Assembly (NCBI GenBank): GCA_046314355.1
Contig: JBKBWQ010000001.1
Span: forward strand, 992,001 to 1,056,000
Direction of reading: 5' to 3'
DNA: 64,000 nucleotides
From: Candidatus Altimarinota bacterium
Lineage (GTDB): Bacteria; Patescibacteriota; Gracilibacteria; 1-14-2-50-48-13
Shown here: in pieces, positions 39,345 through 48,616 of the stretch
How the letters are laid out: every line of letters begins with the position of its first letter
How positions within the stretch are numbered: the first letter of the stretch is position 1
Notes under the pieces: model-generated
The model's database searches: none
Told to the model about the DNA's origin: nothing
The model's input: the letters and a program-made list of their open reading frames with translations, nothing else
Program-made: the position numbers and the translations under genes

Positions 39345-40247
39345 ATGTCAAAGAAACAACTGGTTGTACTCACATTACTCTTTATAGCAATAGTATCAGT
39401 CGCAGTATTTCAGAAATATGTAGATAATGCTTCTTATAGTCCAAAAAATGAAAAATTTCTATCGGTAAATACTGGTCTAGTTGATAGAGTTACACTTACA
39501 ATGCCAAGCAAGGAGATTATTACTCTGAGCAAGACCGGTACAAATTGGGATATTACTACTCCTATTAACAGCCGTGCTGATAATGAAAAGGTCAATACCA
39601 TACTAAATGAGGCAAAGAATATTGTAACAACTGGCACTATTTCAACGAATAAAGACAAGTTTGATGAATTTCAGGTAAATGAGAAAGGTACACATGTGGA
39701 ATTTTTCCAGAATAATGAAAAGAAGGCTGGATTTTACATAGGTAAAATTTCTGATGATTATGTACATACTTATGCAAGAAAAGATACTGAAGACACAACG
39801 TATCTTGCAAAAGGAATACTTCAGGGAAGTTTTCAGACTCCCCTCGTGACATTGCGAGACAAGACTGTTACAAAACTTAAGCCAGAAGAGGTCTCAGAAA
39901 TTATATTTAAATCCGATACAGATAAGCTGACTCTTTCGAATACGAATAATGTTTGGTCTAGTACACCAAAAAGTGATGTTGCAAATGAAATTATACAAAG
40001 CACTGTTATGGCTCTTCTATCAATAAATGCTGAAAATATTTTAGAAAATTCTCCTATTAAACGTGAAGATCTTCTCAGCTCAGCTGATCTGAAACTCTTT
40101 ATACGCCGCACAAACCCTGATTTAAAAAGTGTCGTACTTTATTTAAAATCTCAGGATAGCAAATTATATGCCGCAGAGGAGTCCTCACAGAATATTTTTG
40201 AACTTAATTCAATCCTTAAGGATGAAATCACAAAAGTTTTTAAATAA
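39345..40247 (+). CDS. DUF4340-like protein
   Basis: N-terminal anchor, W.IT.P...RAD, LRDK; usual fourth gene of GldAFG-like operons. Confidence 0.75.
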   Translation: MSKKQLVVLTLLFIAIVSVAVFQKYVDNASYSPKNEKFLSVNTGLVDRVTLTMPSKEIITLSKTGTNWDITTPINSRADNEKVNTILNEAKNIVTTGTISTNKDKFDEFQVNEKGTHVEFFQNNEKKAGFYIGKISDDYVHTYARKDTEDTTYLAKGILQGSFQTPLVTLRDKTVTKLKPEEVSEIIFKSDTDKLTLSNTNNVWSSTPKSDVANEIIQSTVMALLSINAENILENSPIKREDLLSSADLKLFIRRTNPDLKSVVLYLKSQDSKLYAAEESSQNIFELNSILKDEITKVFK

Positions 40248-40400
40248 GCCCCTACCACGCTTCGTGGGCAATCTTGAGTCTTATTGCTTGAAAAAAAAGC
40301 CATATAGCATATCATGCTTCAAGAATAGCACCTTTGAGACAACATAAAAGTTCTCTCACGAAACATCTTTTCATTTGTATATCCCTTCGTACTTTCCAGT

Positions 40401-43037
40401 ATGGACAAAAAAGAACAACCACTTTCACAGATTCCTAAAGCCTATGATCCAAAGAATGTGGAGCAGCGTCTTTATACATGGTGGAAAAAAGAAGGATTAT
40501 TCGCTCCGAAACCTGGAAAAACAAATGAAAAATTTTCTATAGTTCTTCCTCCTCCAAATGTTACAGGAAATCTGCACATAGGTCACGCTACCCGTCTTGC
40601 TACACAAGATGCGCTTGTACGATATCACAGAATGAAGGGCGATGAGACAGTTTGGATACCTGGCACAGATCATGCTGGTATTTCCACACAGGTAGTAGTA
40701 GAAAAAAAGCTCGCTGAGCAAGGGAAAACACGCCATCAGTTTTCAAGAGATGAATTTGTGAAAAAAGTTTGGGATTGGGTAAAGATCTACAAAAAGAATA
40801 TTACAGAGCAGGAAGAAAGTATGGGCGCAAGCTGTGATTGGAGTAAAGAAAGATTTACTTTCGATGATGATTTTAATAAATCTGTAAATAAAGTCTTTGT
40901 AGACCTGCATAAAAAAGATCTTATCTATCAGGGAGACTATATTGTAAACTGGTGTTCACGATGTGCCACCGTCCTCTCTGATCTGGAAGTTATAAGTACT
41001 GTAGAAAAGAGTAAGCTCTACTTTATACGATATTTTCTCAAAGCTGCAGACAAGTCTGTTATTGTTGCAACAACAAGACCTGAAACTATGCTAGGAGATG
41101 TAGCGATCGCTGTACATCCAAGTGATAAGAGATACAAAGAGTTTATGGATAAAATGCTTATCCTTCCTATTCTTAATAAAGAGATCCCTGTCATTACAGA
41201 TGAGCGGGTAGATATGGAATTTGGTACTGGAGCTGTAAAAATTACTCCTGCACATGACCTCTTGGATTTTGAAATAGGAAGAGATCACAACCTTGGAATT
41301 GTTCCAGTGATCACAACTGATGGAAAGATGAATAAAAGTGCTGGCAAATTTGCAGGACTTGATGTTATCCAGGCTCGTCAAAATATAATTGAGTATCTTG
41401 ATAATATTGGAAATCTTGAGAGCATTGAGGATTATGACAGCAGTATAAAAAGATGTGAGAGATGCAATACTATTGTTGAACCTCTTATCTCTAAGCAGTG
41501 GTTTGTACGGACAAAACCAATGGCAGAGAAAGCTCTTGCAGCAGTAAAAAAAGGAAAAACAGACTTTATACCTGATAGATTTGAAAAAGAATTCGTCAAC
41601 TGGATGGAAAATATAAAAGACTGGTGTATATCGCGTCAGCTTTGGTGGGGACATCAGATTCCAGTATATTATGGATCCAATGGAGAGATGCAGGTATCAG
41701 AGACTGCGCCTGAGAATACTGATAAAGTTACATGGAAAAGAGACGAGGATGTGCTAGACACATGGTTCTCTTCTTCACTTTGGCCCTTTGTGGTTTTTGG
41801 ATGGCCTGAAAAAACTGAAGATTTCAAAAAATTCTATCCAACCTCTGTACTTGAGACTGGTAGAGATATACTTTTCTTCTGGGTATGCCGCATGATGATG
41901 ATGGGTACTGAGCTCACAGGTCAGAGTCCTTTCTCACATGTCTTCCTTGGAGGACTCGTAAGAGATCAGCATAACCAGAAAATGAGTAAAAGTAAGGGTA
42001 ATGGTGTAGAGCCAAAGATCATGCAGGAACAATATGGTACAGATGCACTACGACTCATGCTTACTATCGGGACAACCCCTGGAAATGACTTCCCTATTTC
42101 AGAATCAAAGGCTGAAAATTATAGAAACTTTGTAAATAAGCTTTGGAATGCTTCACGTTTTATACGGATGAATATGTCTGAGACAAAGGACTATGCAACC
42201 ATACAAAAAGAATTAGAAAAGAATTATAAAAAGCTCTCTCTGGCTGAGAGATGGATACTTTCCCGTCTTTCCTCCCATATTACAGATGTCTCAAATGCCT
42301 TTGAAAACTTTATGTTCGGTGAGTCTCTTATGAAGCTCTATGAATTCAGCTGGCATGAATTCTGCGACTGGTATATAGAGATTTCAAAAATTGATAAAAA
42401 TGAATATACAGACATGATTCTCCAATATGGAATCATGACAATACTCAAGCTCTGGCATCCTGTTGCACCATTTGTTACAGAAGAGATCTGGTCCAATTTC
42501 GGACAAAAGGATCCTCTTATCATTTCTGAATGGCCGGAAGCAATCCCTGAATTTAAAGCTTTAGACATCGAAGCAGATTTTGAGATACTGATCAATATCG
42601 TAAAAGGTATCAGAAATATCCGTCAGGAAAAAGGTGTACTCCCTGGAAAACTTATCACAGCCCACTTTGTAGCAGATAAAAAGGAAGAGATCTTACAGGA
42701 ATTTTCTGAAATTATCTGTAAACTTGCTAGACTTCAGGAGTTAAAGATACATAAAGGACGACCAATACTTTCAAAAAAAGTAACATTAATTATTGTACCG
42801 TTTGAAATATATCTTCCATTGGAAGAAATGCTGGATATCGGAAAAGAGAGAGCACGCCTGAAGCTCTGTGTTGCTGATAGCGAAAAAGCTTTAAGAATTC
42901 TCAATGAGAAGCTTTCAAATCAGGCTTTCGTAGATAATGCACCAGAAGAAATTGTTGAGGCTCAGCAGGAAAAAAAGAGATCTCAAGAGGAGGTTCTAGC
43001 TACCTTGAGAATACAATTAGCAGAACTTGAAGAATAA
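40401..43037 (+). CDS. valS: Valyl-tRNA synthetase
   Basis: PPPNVTG.LHIGH, DWCISRQLWWGH, DTWFSS, KMSKS. Confidence 0.98.
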   Translation: MDKKEQPLSQIPKAYDPKNVEQRLYTWWKKEGLFAPKPGKTNEKFSIVLPPPNVTGNLHIGHATRLATQDALVRYHRMKGDETVWIPGTDHAGISTQVVVEKKLAEQGKTRHQFSRDEFVKKVWDWVKIYKKNITEQEESMGASCDWSKERFTFDDDFNKSVNKVFVDLHKKDLIYQGDYIVNWCSRCATVLSDLEVISTVEKSKLYFIRYFLKAADKSVIVATTRPETMLGDVAIAVHPSDKRYKEFMDKMLILPILNKEIPVITDERVDMEFGTGAVKITPAHDLLDFEIGRDHNLGIVPVITTDGKMNKSAGKFAGLDVIQARQNIIEYLDNIGNLESIEDYDSSIKRCERCNTIVEPLISKQWFVRTKPMAEKALAAVKKGKTDFIPDRFEKEFVNWMENIKDWCISRQLWWGHQIPVYYGSNGEMQVSETAPENTDKVTWKRDEDVLDTWFSSSLWPFVVFGWPEKTEDFKKFYPTSVLETGRDILFFWVCRMMMMGTELTGQSPFSHVFLGGLVRDQHNQKMSKSKGNGVEPKIMQEQYGTDALRLMLTIGTTPGNDFPISESKAENYRNFVNKLWNASRFIRMNMSETKDYATIQKELEKNYKKLSLAERWILSRLSSHITDVSNAFENFMFGESLMKLYEFSWHEFCDWYIEISKIDKNEYTDMILQYGIMTILKLWHPVAPFVTEEIWSNFGQKDPLIISEWPEAIPEFKALDIEADFEILINIVKGIRNIRQEKGVLPGKLITAHFVADKKEEILQEFSEIICKLARLQELKIHKGRPILSKKVTLIIVPFEIYLPLEEMLDIGKERARLKLCVADSEKALRILNEKLSNQAFVDNAPEEIVEAQQEKKRSQEEVLATLRIQLAELEE

Positions 43038-43050
43038 TTTACTCTCTTCT

Positions 43051-44064
43051 ATGAATATTCTCGTTACAGGCGGAGCCGGTTTTATTGGGTCAAACTTCAT
43101 TGAATATTGGCTCACTCATCATAAACAAGATACCATTATTAATTTGGATCTTATGACATATGCAGCTAATCCGAGGACTGTACATGCTCACAAAGAACAA
43201 TTTGGTGCACGGTATGTCTTTGTTGAAGGTGATATTACAAATATCCAGACAGTAGATACATTAGTAGAAAGAGTAGATCTCGTTGTACACTTTGCAGCAG
43301 AGAGTCATGTAGACAGAAGTATAGTAACACCAAGAATATTTTTGGAGACAAATGTACTTGGTACACATACTCTGCTTGAAGCTTGTAGAAAATTTGGAAA
43401 AAAAAGATATCATCATATTTCTACAGATGAAGTCTATGGCACACTTCCTCTCAATTCGGATGAGAAATTTAGTGAACTAACACCTCACTCTCCTAGATCA
43501 CCATATTCTGCTTCAAAATCAGCAGGTGATAATCTGGCGCTTGCTTATTATCATACCTACGGCTTGCCTGTAACAATTACTAACTGCAGTAATAACTACG
43601 GACCATATCACTTTCCTGAAAAAGTGATTCCCCTTTATATTACAAGAATTATGCAGAATAAGCCTATCCCTGTATATGGTGAAGGAAAAGCTGTTCGTGA
43701 TTACCTTTATGTTGAAGACCACTGCCGAGCTATTGAAGACGTTATTACAAAAGGTAAAATTGGTGAGACTTATTGTGTAGGTGGTAATTCAGAAAGAAAT
43801 ACCATAGAAATTGCGGAGACTATTCTCTTTAGCTTGGAAGGAAATAAAAACCTCATACGTTTTACAAAAGATAGACCGGGACATGATCCAAGGTATGCTA
43901 TCGATTATTCCAAGATCAAAAATGAACTTGGTTGGGAGCCAAAATATACATTTGAAGAAGGTATCAAGAAAACAATCCAGTGGTATCAGGACAATGAAGA
44001 CTGGTGGAGACCAATTTCGCAGGAAGCAGAGGCTATTGCTGAGAAGTATTTGGCGAATACGTAA
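43051..44064 (+). CDS. rfbB: dTDP-glucose 4,6-dehydratase
   Basis: TGGAGFIG, FAAESHVD, STDEVYG, YSASK, NNYGP, DRPGHD; ATG at 43051. Confidence 0.95.
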   Translation: MNILVTGGAGFIGSNFIEYWLTHHKQDTIINLDLMTYAANPRTVHAHKEQFGARYVFVEGDITNIQTVDTLVERVDLVVHFAAESHVDRSIVTPRIFLETNVLGTHTLLEACRKFGKKRYHHISTDEVYGTLPLNSDEKFSELTPHSPRSPYSASKSAGDNLALAYYHTYGLPVTITNCSNNYGPYHFPEKVIPLYITRIMQNKPIPVYGEGKAVRDYLYVEDHCRAIEDVITKGKIGETYCVGGNSERNTIEIAETILFSLEGNKNLIRFTKDRPGHDPRYAIDYSKIKNELGWEPKYTFEEGIKKTIQWYQDNEDWWRPISQEAEAIAEKYLANT

Positions 44065-44073
44065 AATAATTTT

Positions 44074-44607
44074 ATGAAACAGGCTGAAGCCTATACATTT
44101 TGTCCTCTTTGTAGAGCAGACTTCATATATAAATCCGAATCACTACTTACATGCTCTACATGTAAGTTTAATTTGTATATAAGCCCAAAACCTGCTTCCT
44201 GCTGCATTATTGTTCTGCCGGATGAGAGAATACTACTTACTAGAAGAAATGTAGATCCATACAAGGGAAGCCTTGAACTTCCAGGAGGTTTTTTAGATAT
44301 TGGTGAAAACTTAAGGGATGGGATAAAAAGAGAAGTAAAAGAGGAAACAGGTATAGATATCAGCAGCTCTAGACTTGATTATTTTGATTCTTACCCAGTT
44401 CCCTATCCTTTTAAGGGAATTGAGTATGATGTTATAGTTACAGTATTTATAGCCCGTTTAAACAGCATACCTGACATAACTCATTATGACCCAAAAGAGA
44501 TTCAGGAAATTCTTTTAGTAAAACCTGAAGATATGAATCCTTCCGAAATAATTCTTGCTGCTGATAGAAAAGCTGTAGAAGATTATCTAAAACAATATCT
44601 CACTTAA
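44074..44607 (+). CDS. Zn-ribbon NUDIX hydrolase (copy 1)
   Basis: FCPLC...CSTC, Nudix box GGFLDIGE...REVKEETGI. Confidence 0.92.
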   Translation: MKQAEAYTFCPLCRADFIYKSESLLTCSTCKFNLYISPKPASCCIIVLPDERILLTRRNVDPYKGSLELPGGFLDIGENLRDGIKREVKEETGIDISSSRLDYFDSYPVPYPFKGIEYDVIVTVFIARLNSIPDITHYDPKEIQEILLVKPEDMNPSEIILAADRKAVEDYLKQYLT

Positions 44608-44619
44608 AAATAATCTCAA

Positions 44620-45162
44620 ATGTACATACCTGAGAACAACGCTTTTTCTTACTGTCCTAAATGCGGGAGTACTCTAAGAAAAAAAGAAGAAAACTTACTT
44701 ATCTGTGCTGCATGTAGCTTTAAGTTCTACCTTTCCCCAAAACCGGGAGTAAAGGGAATCGTAATTAGTGAAGACGGGCGAATCCTCATGACTAGACGTA
44801 ATATTCCTCCGTATTTAGGAATGCTTGATCTGCCAGGAGGTTTTATAGAGCAGCTGGAAAATTTTGAAGAAGGTTTAGAAAGAGAACTATATGAAGAACT
44901 TGGGTCAACGCTAGATATAAAATCTATCTCCTATCTGGCGTCTTTTGGACGTCCTTATGGATATCAGAATATTCTCTACTCTGTAGTAGTACCAGTATTC
45001 ATTATCCACTTAAACGACAATCCAGTCTTTGATCTTTTTGATAAAAAAGAACTTCAGGAGGTTATTTTAATCAAACCAGAAGATATAGATATGGATGAAA
45101 TAGGAACTGAAGATTATAAAAATATTCTGCGGAAGTTTATAAAAAATAATACGGGGATCTGA
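44620..45162 (+). CDS. Zn-ribbon NUDIX hydrolase (copy 2)
   Basis: YCPKC...CAAC, Nudix box GGFIEQLE...RELYEELGS. Confidence 0.92.
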   Translation: MYIPENNAFSYCPKCGSTLRKKEENLLICAACSFKFYLSPKPGVKGIVISEDGRILMTRRNIPPYLGMLDLPGGFIEQLENFEEGLERELYEELGSTLDIKSISYLASFGRPYGYQNILYSVVVPVFIIHLNDNPVFDLFDKKELQEVILIKPEDIDMDEIGTEDYKNILRKFIKNNTGI

Positions 45163-45188
45163 AAATTCTCTCTCTCCTAGTTTCCCTA

Positions 45189-45217
45189 TTGAAATTTGAA
45201 GCCTAGCTCTGTATAGT
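45189..45217 (+). promoter_or_regulatory. Putative thrS promoter
   Basis: TTGAAA-17 bp-TATAGT. Confidence 0.55.
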
Positions 45218-45395
45218 ACACATACAGTTTTTGAAACTGCTACTTTTTACCTTTATCTATGAATCAAGTACTCCACCCTGCATCCTGCGGTGAGGTTCAG
45301 GAAATATTCTGCATCTACAGACTGCACACGTGATTGGGCTATTGCCCCAAACATCAATGTGTATATTTTTCCTTACTTGAATATTAAATCTTACA

Positions 45396-47147
45396 ATGGA
45401 CGATAAATTATTTAAAAAACGGCATTCTTACTCTCATGTACTTGCTCAGGCAGTACTGCAGATGTTTCCAGAAGCAAAATTTGGTGTAGGACCCGCTATT
45501 GAGAACGGCTTCTACTATGACATGGAGCTTCCACGTACTCTCATACCTGAAGATCTTCCTCTGATTGAAGAAAAAATGCGTGAGATCATGAAAGCAAAGC
45601 AGGTTTTCGAATATTATGAAGAACCTGCAAATAAAGCTATCGAGTTCTTGAGAGCTGCAAATCAGCCTTATAAAGTAGAGTTAGTAGAAGATCTTGTAAA
45701 GAATGAAGGAATTGAAAAAGTTTCTTTTTATAAAAACGGAGAACATTTTGTCGATCTCTGTGAGGGACCTCATGTAGAAGATACTGGTAAACTTGATCTT
45801 TATGCTTTTAAGCTAGATAAGATTGCAGGAGCATACTGGAGAGGTGATGAAAAAAGACCAATGCTTCAGCGTATTTACGGACTTGCTTTTAATAACAGAA
45901 AGGATCTCGATGCTCATCTCAAAATGATCGAGGAAGCAAAAAAGCGGGATCATAGAAAGCTTGGTAAAGAGCTCGGTCTCTTTACTTTCTCTGAGCTCGT
46001 AGGATCAGGTCTGCCGCTTTGGACTCCCAAAGGAACTATCCTCCGTGAACTTCTCAATGACTTTGTCTGGGAACTTCGAAAGGTACGAGGCTATCAGAAA
46101 GTAGCAATTCCTCATATTACAAAGAAGGATCTTTATGAGACTAGCGGTCACTGGGCTAAGTATGCTGAAGATCTTTTCAAAATAGAGACTCGTGAGAACA
46201 ATCTCTACGCAATGAAGCCAATGAACTGTCCTCATCATACTCAGATTTTTGATTGTGAGCCAAGATCATATCGGGATATGCCGCAGAGATTCTGTGAGAC
46301 TACTATGGTATATCGTGATGAGCAGAGCGGAGAGCTCTCAGGTCTTTCCCGTGTACTTTCTATTACTCAGGATGATGCTCATGTATTCTGCCGAAGAAGT
46401 CAGATAGAGGAAGAGGCCATGAAAATTTGGGATATCATCGATACATTCTATGGTGCCTTTGGATTTGAGCTCAAACCAAGACTTTCACGTCATGATCCTG
46501 AAAAGTTTGAGAAATACAGCGGAACAAAAGAGACATGGAAAATGGCAGAAGATCAGCTTATTAGCATCATCGAGAAAAGAGGTGCAGAATATGTGGATGG
46601 TATCGGAGAAGCTGCTTTCTATGGTCCAAAGATCGACTTTATGTCTAAGGACTCTTTAGGGCGTGAACATCAAGTGGCCACTATTCAGCTCGACTTTAGT
46701 CAGCCTGAGAGTTTCAATCTTTACTGTATCAATGAGCAGGGAGAGAAGGAAAGAGTCACTATGATTCACTGTGCCATCATGGGATCAATAGAACGCTTCC
46801 TGAGCGTATTTATAGAGCATTGTGCTGGTGCATTCCCTGTATGGCTTGCGCCGGTTCAGGTGGCAATATTACCAGTTGCTGAAGTACACACTACTTACGC
46901 GCGAGAAATAAGAGAAATGCTTGAGTCAAATGATATCAGAGTACAGTGGCTTGAGGAGGATAGTCTCGGAAAGCGTATCCGTGACGCAGAGATGGCAAAG
47001 ATACCTTATATGCTCGTTATCGGAGATAAGGAGATAGAAGGCAATACTCTTGCAGTACGAGATTATAAGACTAAGAAGCAGGATGTAATGGAAAAAGACG
47101 CATTTGTAAAAATGCTGCTTGAAAAGGTAAAGACAAGAGCACTTTAA
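45396..47147 (+). CDS. thrS: Threonyl-tRNA synthetase (no TGS domain)
   Basis: DLCEGPH, GAYWRG, RDHRKLG, KPMNCP, QDDAH, FYGPKID. Confidence 0.98.
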   Translation: MDDKLFKKRHSYSHVLAQAVLQMFPEAKFGVGPAIENGFYYDMELPRTLIPEDLPLIEEKMREIMKAKQVFEYYEEPANKAIEFLRAANQPYKVELVEDLVKNEGIEKVSFYKNGEHFVDLCEGPHVEDTGKLDLYAFKLDKIAGAYWRGDEKRPMLQRIYGLAFNNRKDLDAHLKMIEEAKKRDHRKLGKELGLFTFSELVGSGLPLWTPKGTILRELLNDFVWELRKVRGYQKVAIPHITKKDLYETSGHWAKYAEDLFKIETRENNLYAMKPMNCPHHTQIFDCEPRSYRDMPQRFCETTMVYRDEQSGELSGLSRVLSITQDDAHVFCRRSQIEEEAMKIWDIIDTFYGAFGFELKPRLSRHDPEKFEKYSGTKETWKMAEDQLISIIEKRGAEYVDGIGEAAFYGPKIDFMSKDSLGREHQVATIQLDFSQPESFNLYCINEQGEKERVTMIHCAIMGSIERFLSVFIEHCAGAFPVWLAPVQVAILPVAEVHTTYAREIREMLESNDIRVQWLEEDSLGKRIRDAEMAKIPYMLVIGDKEIEGNTLAVRDYKTKKQDVMEKDAFVKMLLEKVKTRAL

Positions 47148-48541
47148 AGTTCATCAAAGAGCTTTCGTTGAGTACTTTGAGAAAGGCGGGTCTGAGACCC
47201 GTCTTTCTTTTTTTCGTAATAAGTAACCATATCTATATCTTGATCATAATAAATATGCTTTCCGCTGCCGTCCTCAGCTAGAGAATACAAGGGCAAACTT
47301 TGTTTTTTATGCTTTTTCATTCTATATGCCTTCGACATAGCAATGCGAGTTTTTACCTTTTTGGTTGTATGATATGTAGGAGATTTTGGGAAAGATACAA
47401 CTTTTTCTTCAGTCTGTTCACGTAATTCTCCTAAAGAGCATATATATTTATATAGAAGCAGCCTTACACTTTCTGAATAATCCTGTGGATGCTGGAGTAG
47501 AATACAAATCATTTTCTTTGTTTCAAAGACATGCTTTTGAAGCATAGAAAGCAATTCATTTACAGAAGGTTCAATATCCCACAAAATCTCAGCAAGCACT
47601 AAGCAGTATTGATCTAATACATCATTGATATCAAGATAAGTTCTCCTAACTTTACGATTTCTATTCTCATCACGCAGTCTTTTTTCCTTCACCTTACTTT
47701 CATGATATGCAAGATCATATACCCATTGAGGCTTTTTCTCTTTACGGATCAATTCCCCTAAGCGGGTCTGCACATGCGAAGTATCAAGCATATGAGTATG
47801 TTTATTCATTTCTAGTTCTTTCATCTGAGTCATTATATCCAGTAGTTTTCCTTTATGCTCAAACATTTTCTCTATGCCGTCTATCCGTTGGATTTGAGTT
47901 TGATCATAAAGATCAAATAGCTGGCGTTTAATATCGTTTTCTCTCAAGAACTCATCAGTCATTTTATGAATAAACTCATGAAACCAGCGCTGGAGATAAA
48001 GAGTATTATCATATCCATGTGCTCCGCCCAATCCCTGTTTTAAGTGATGATGCAAATCTACAAAGGAAGAGATTTGAATATCTTCTACAATAAAAGATTT
48101 TCTCTCCCTCTTATTAGGTACATTTGTAGTAGAGTTAGGCTTTTTCTTCAGACGCTGATCTTTTATATATTCTTCAAATATTTTAGGAGTCTGCGGAATT
48201 GAATTATTTAGATAATGACTGAGATATCTTGATGTAAGCTGGATATTCTCCCCCATATGCATGAGCTCTATCAAAAGAGCACGGTTCTGGAAACGTGCTT
48301 CATTCCATGTCAATCTCAATCCTTTTAATATACTTCTAATTTCTTCTGTAAAAAATTGTGTATAGTTATTAATCTCTTCTCTATCTATACAATCATTCTC
48401 AAGAGCATTTTTATCACTCACTTGATTGAATACTCTTTTAAAAAATTCACTTTTGAGATCATGAAGAGTGTGAATAATTTCATCTGAGCTCTTGGAAAAA
48501 GATTCAGACGGACCATTACTTGAATAAGTATGAATGGACAC
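47144..48541 (-). CDS. Hypothetical soluble helical protein
   Basis: 465-aa ORF with no motif I recognise; upstream TTGACA-17 bp-TAAAAG. Confidence 0.7.
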   Translation of the reverse strand: MSIHTYSSNGPSESFSKSSDEIIHTLHDLKSEFFKRVFNQVSDKNALENDCIDREEINNYTQFFTEEIRSILKGLRLTWNEARFQNRALLIELMHMGENIQLTSRYLSHYLNNSIPQTPKIFEEYIKDQRLKKKPNSTTNVPNKRERKSFIVEDIQISSFVDLHHHLKQGLGGAHGYDNTLYLQRWFHEFIHKMTDEFLRENDIKRQLFDLYDQTQIQRIDGIEKMFEHKGKLLDIMTQMKELEMNKHTHMLDTSHVQTRLGELIRKEKKPQWVYDLAYHESKVKEKRLRDENRNRKVRRTYLDINDVLDQYCLVLAEILWDIEPSVNELLSMLQKHVFETKKMICILLQHPQDYSESVRLLLYKYICSLGELREQTEEKVVSFPKSPTYHTTKKVKTRIAMSKAYRMKKHKKQSLPLYSLAEDGSGKHIYYDQDIDMVTYYEKKKDGSQTRLSQSTQRKLFDEL

Positions 48542-48616
48542 TTTTATAAAATCAAAAATATGTTGAAGTACTTTTACTCCAACATGCGGTGAATGTCAAA
48601 GGAGAGTGAAAATATT

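Noticed and set aside
40248-40400. T-box riboswitch upstream of valS
   Set aside because: Leader too short after the probable promoter, and no T-box consensus or terminator
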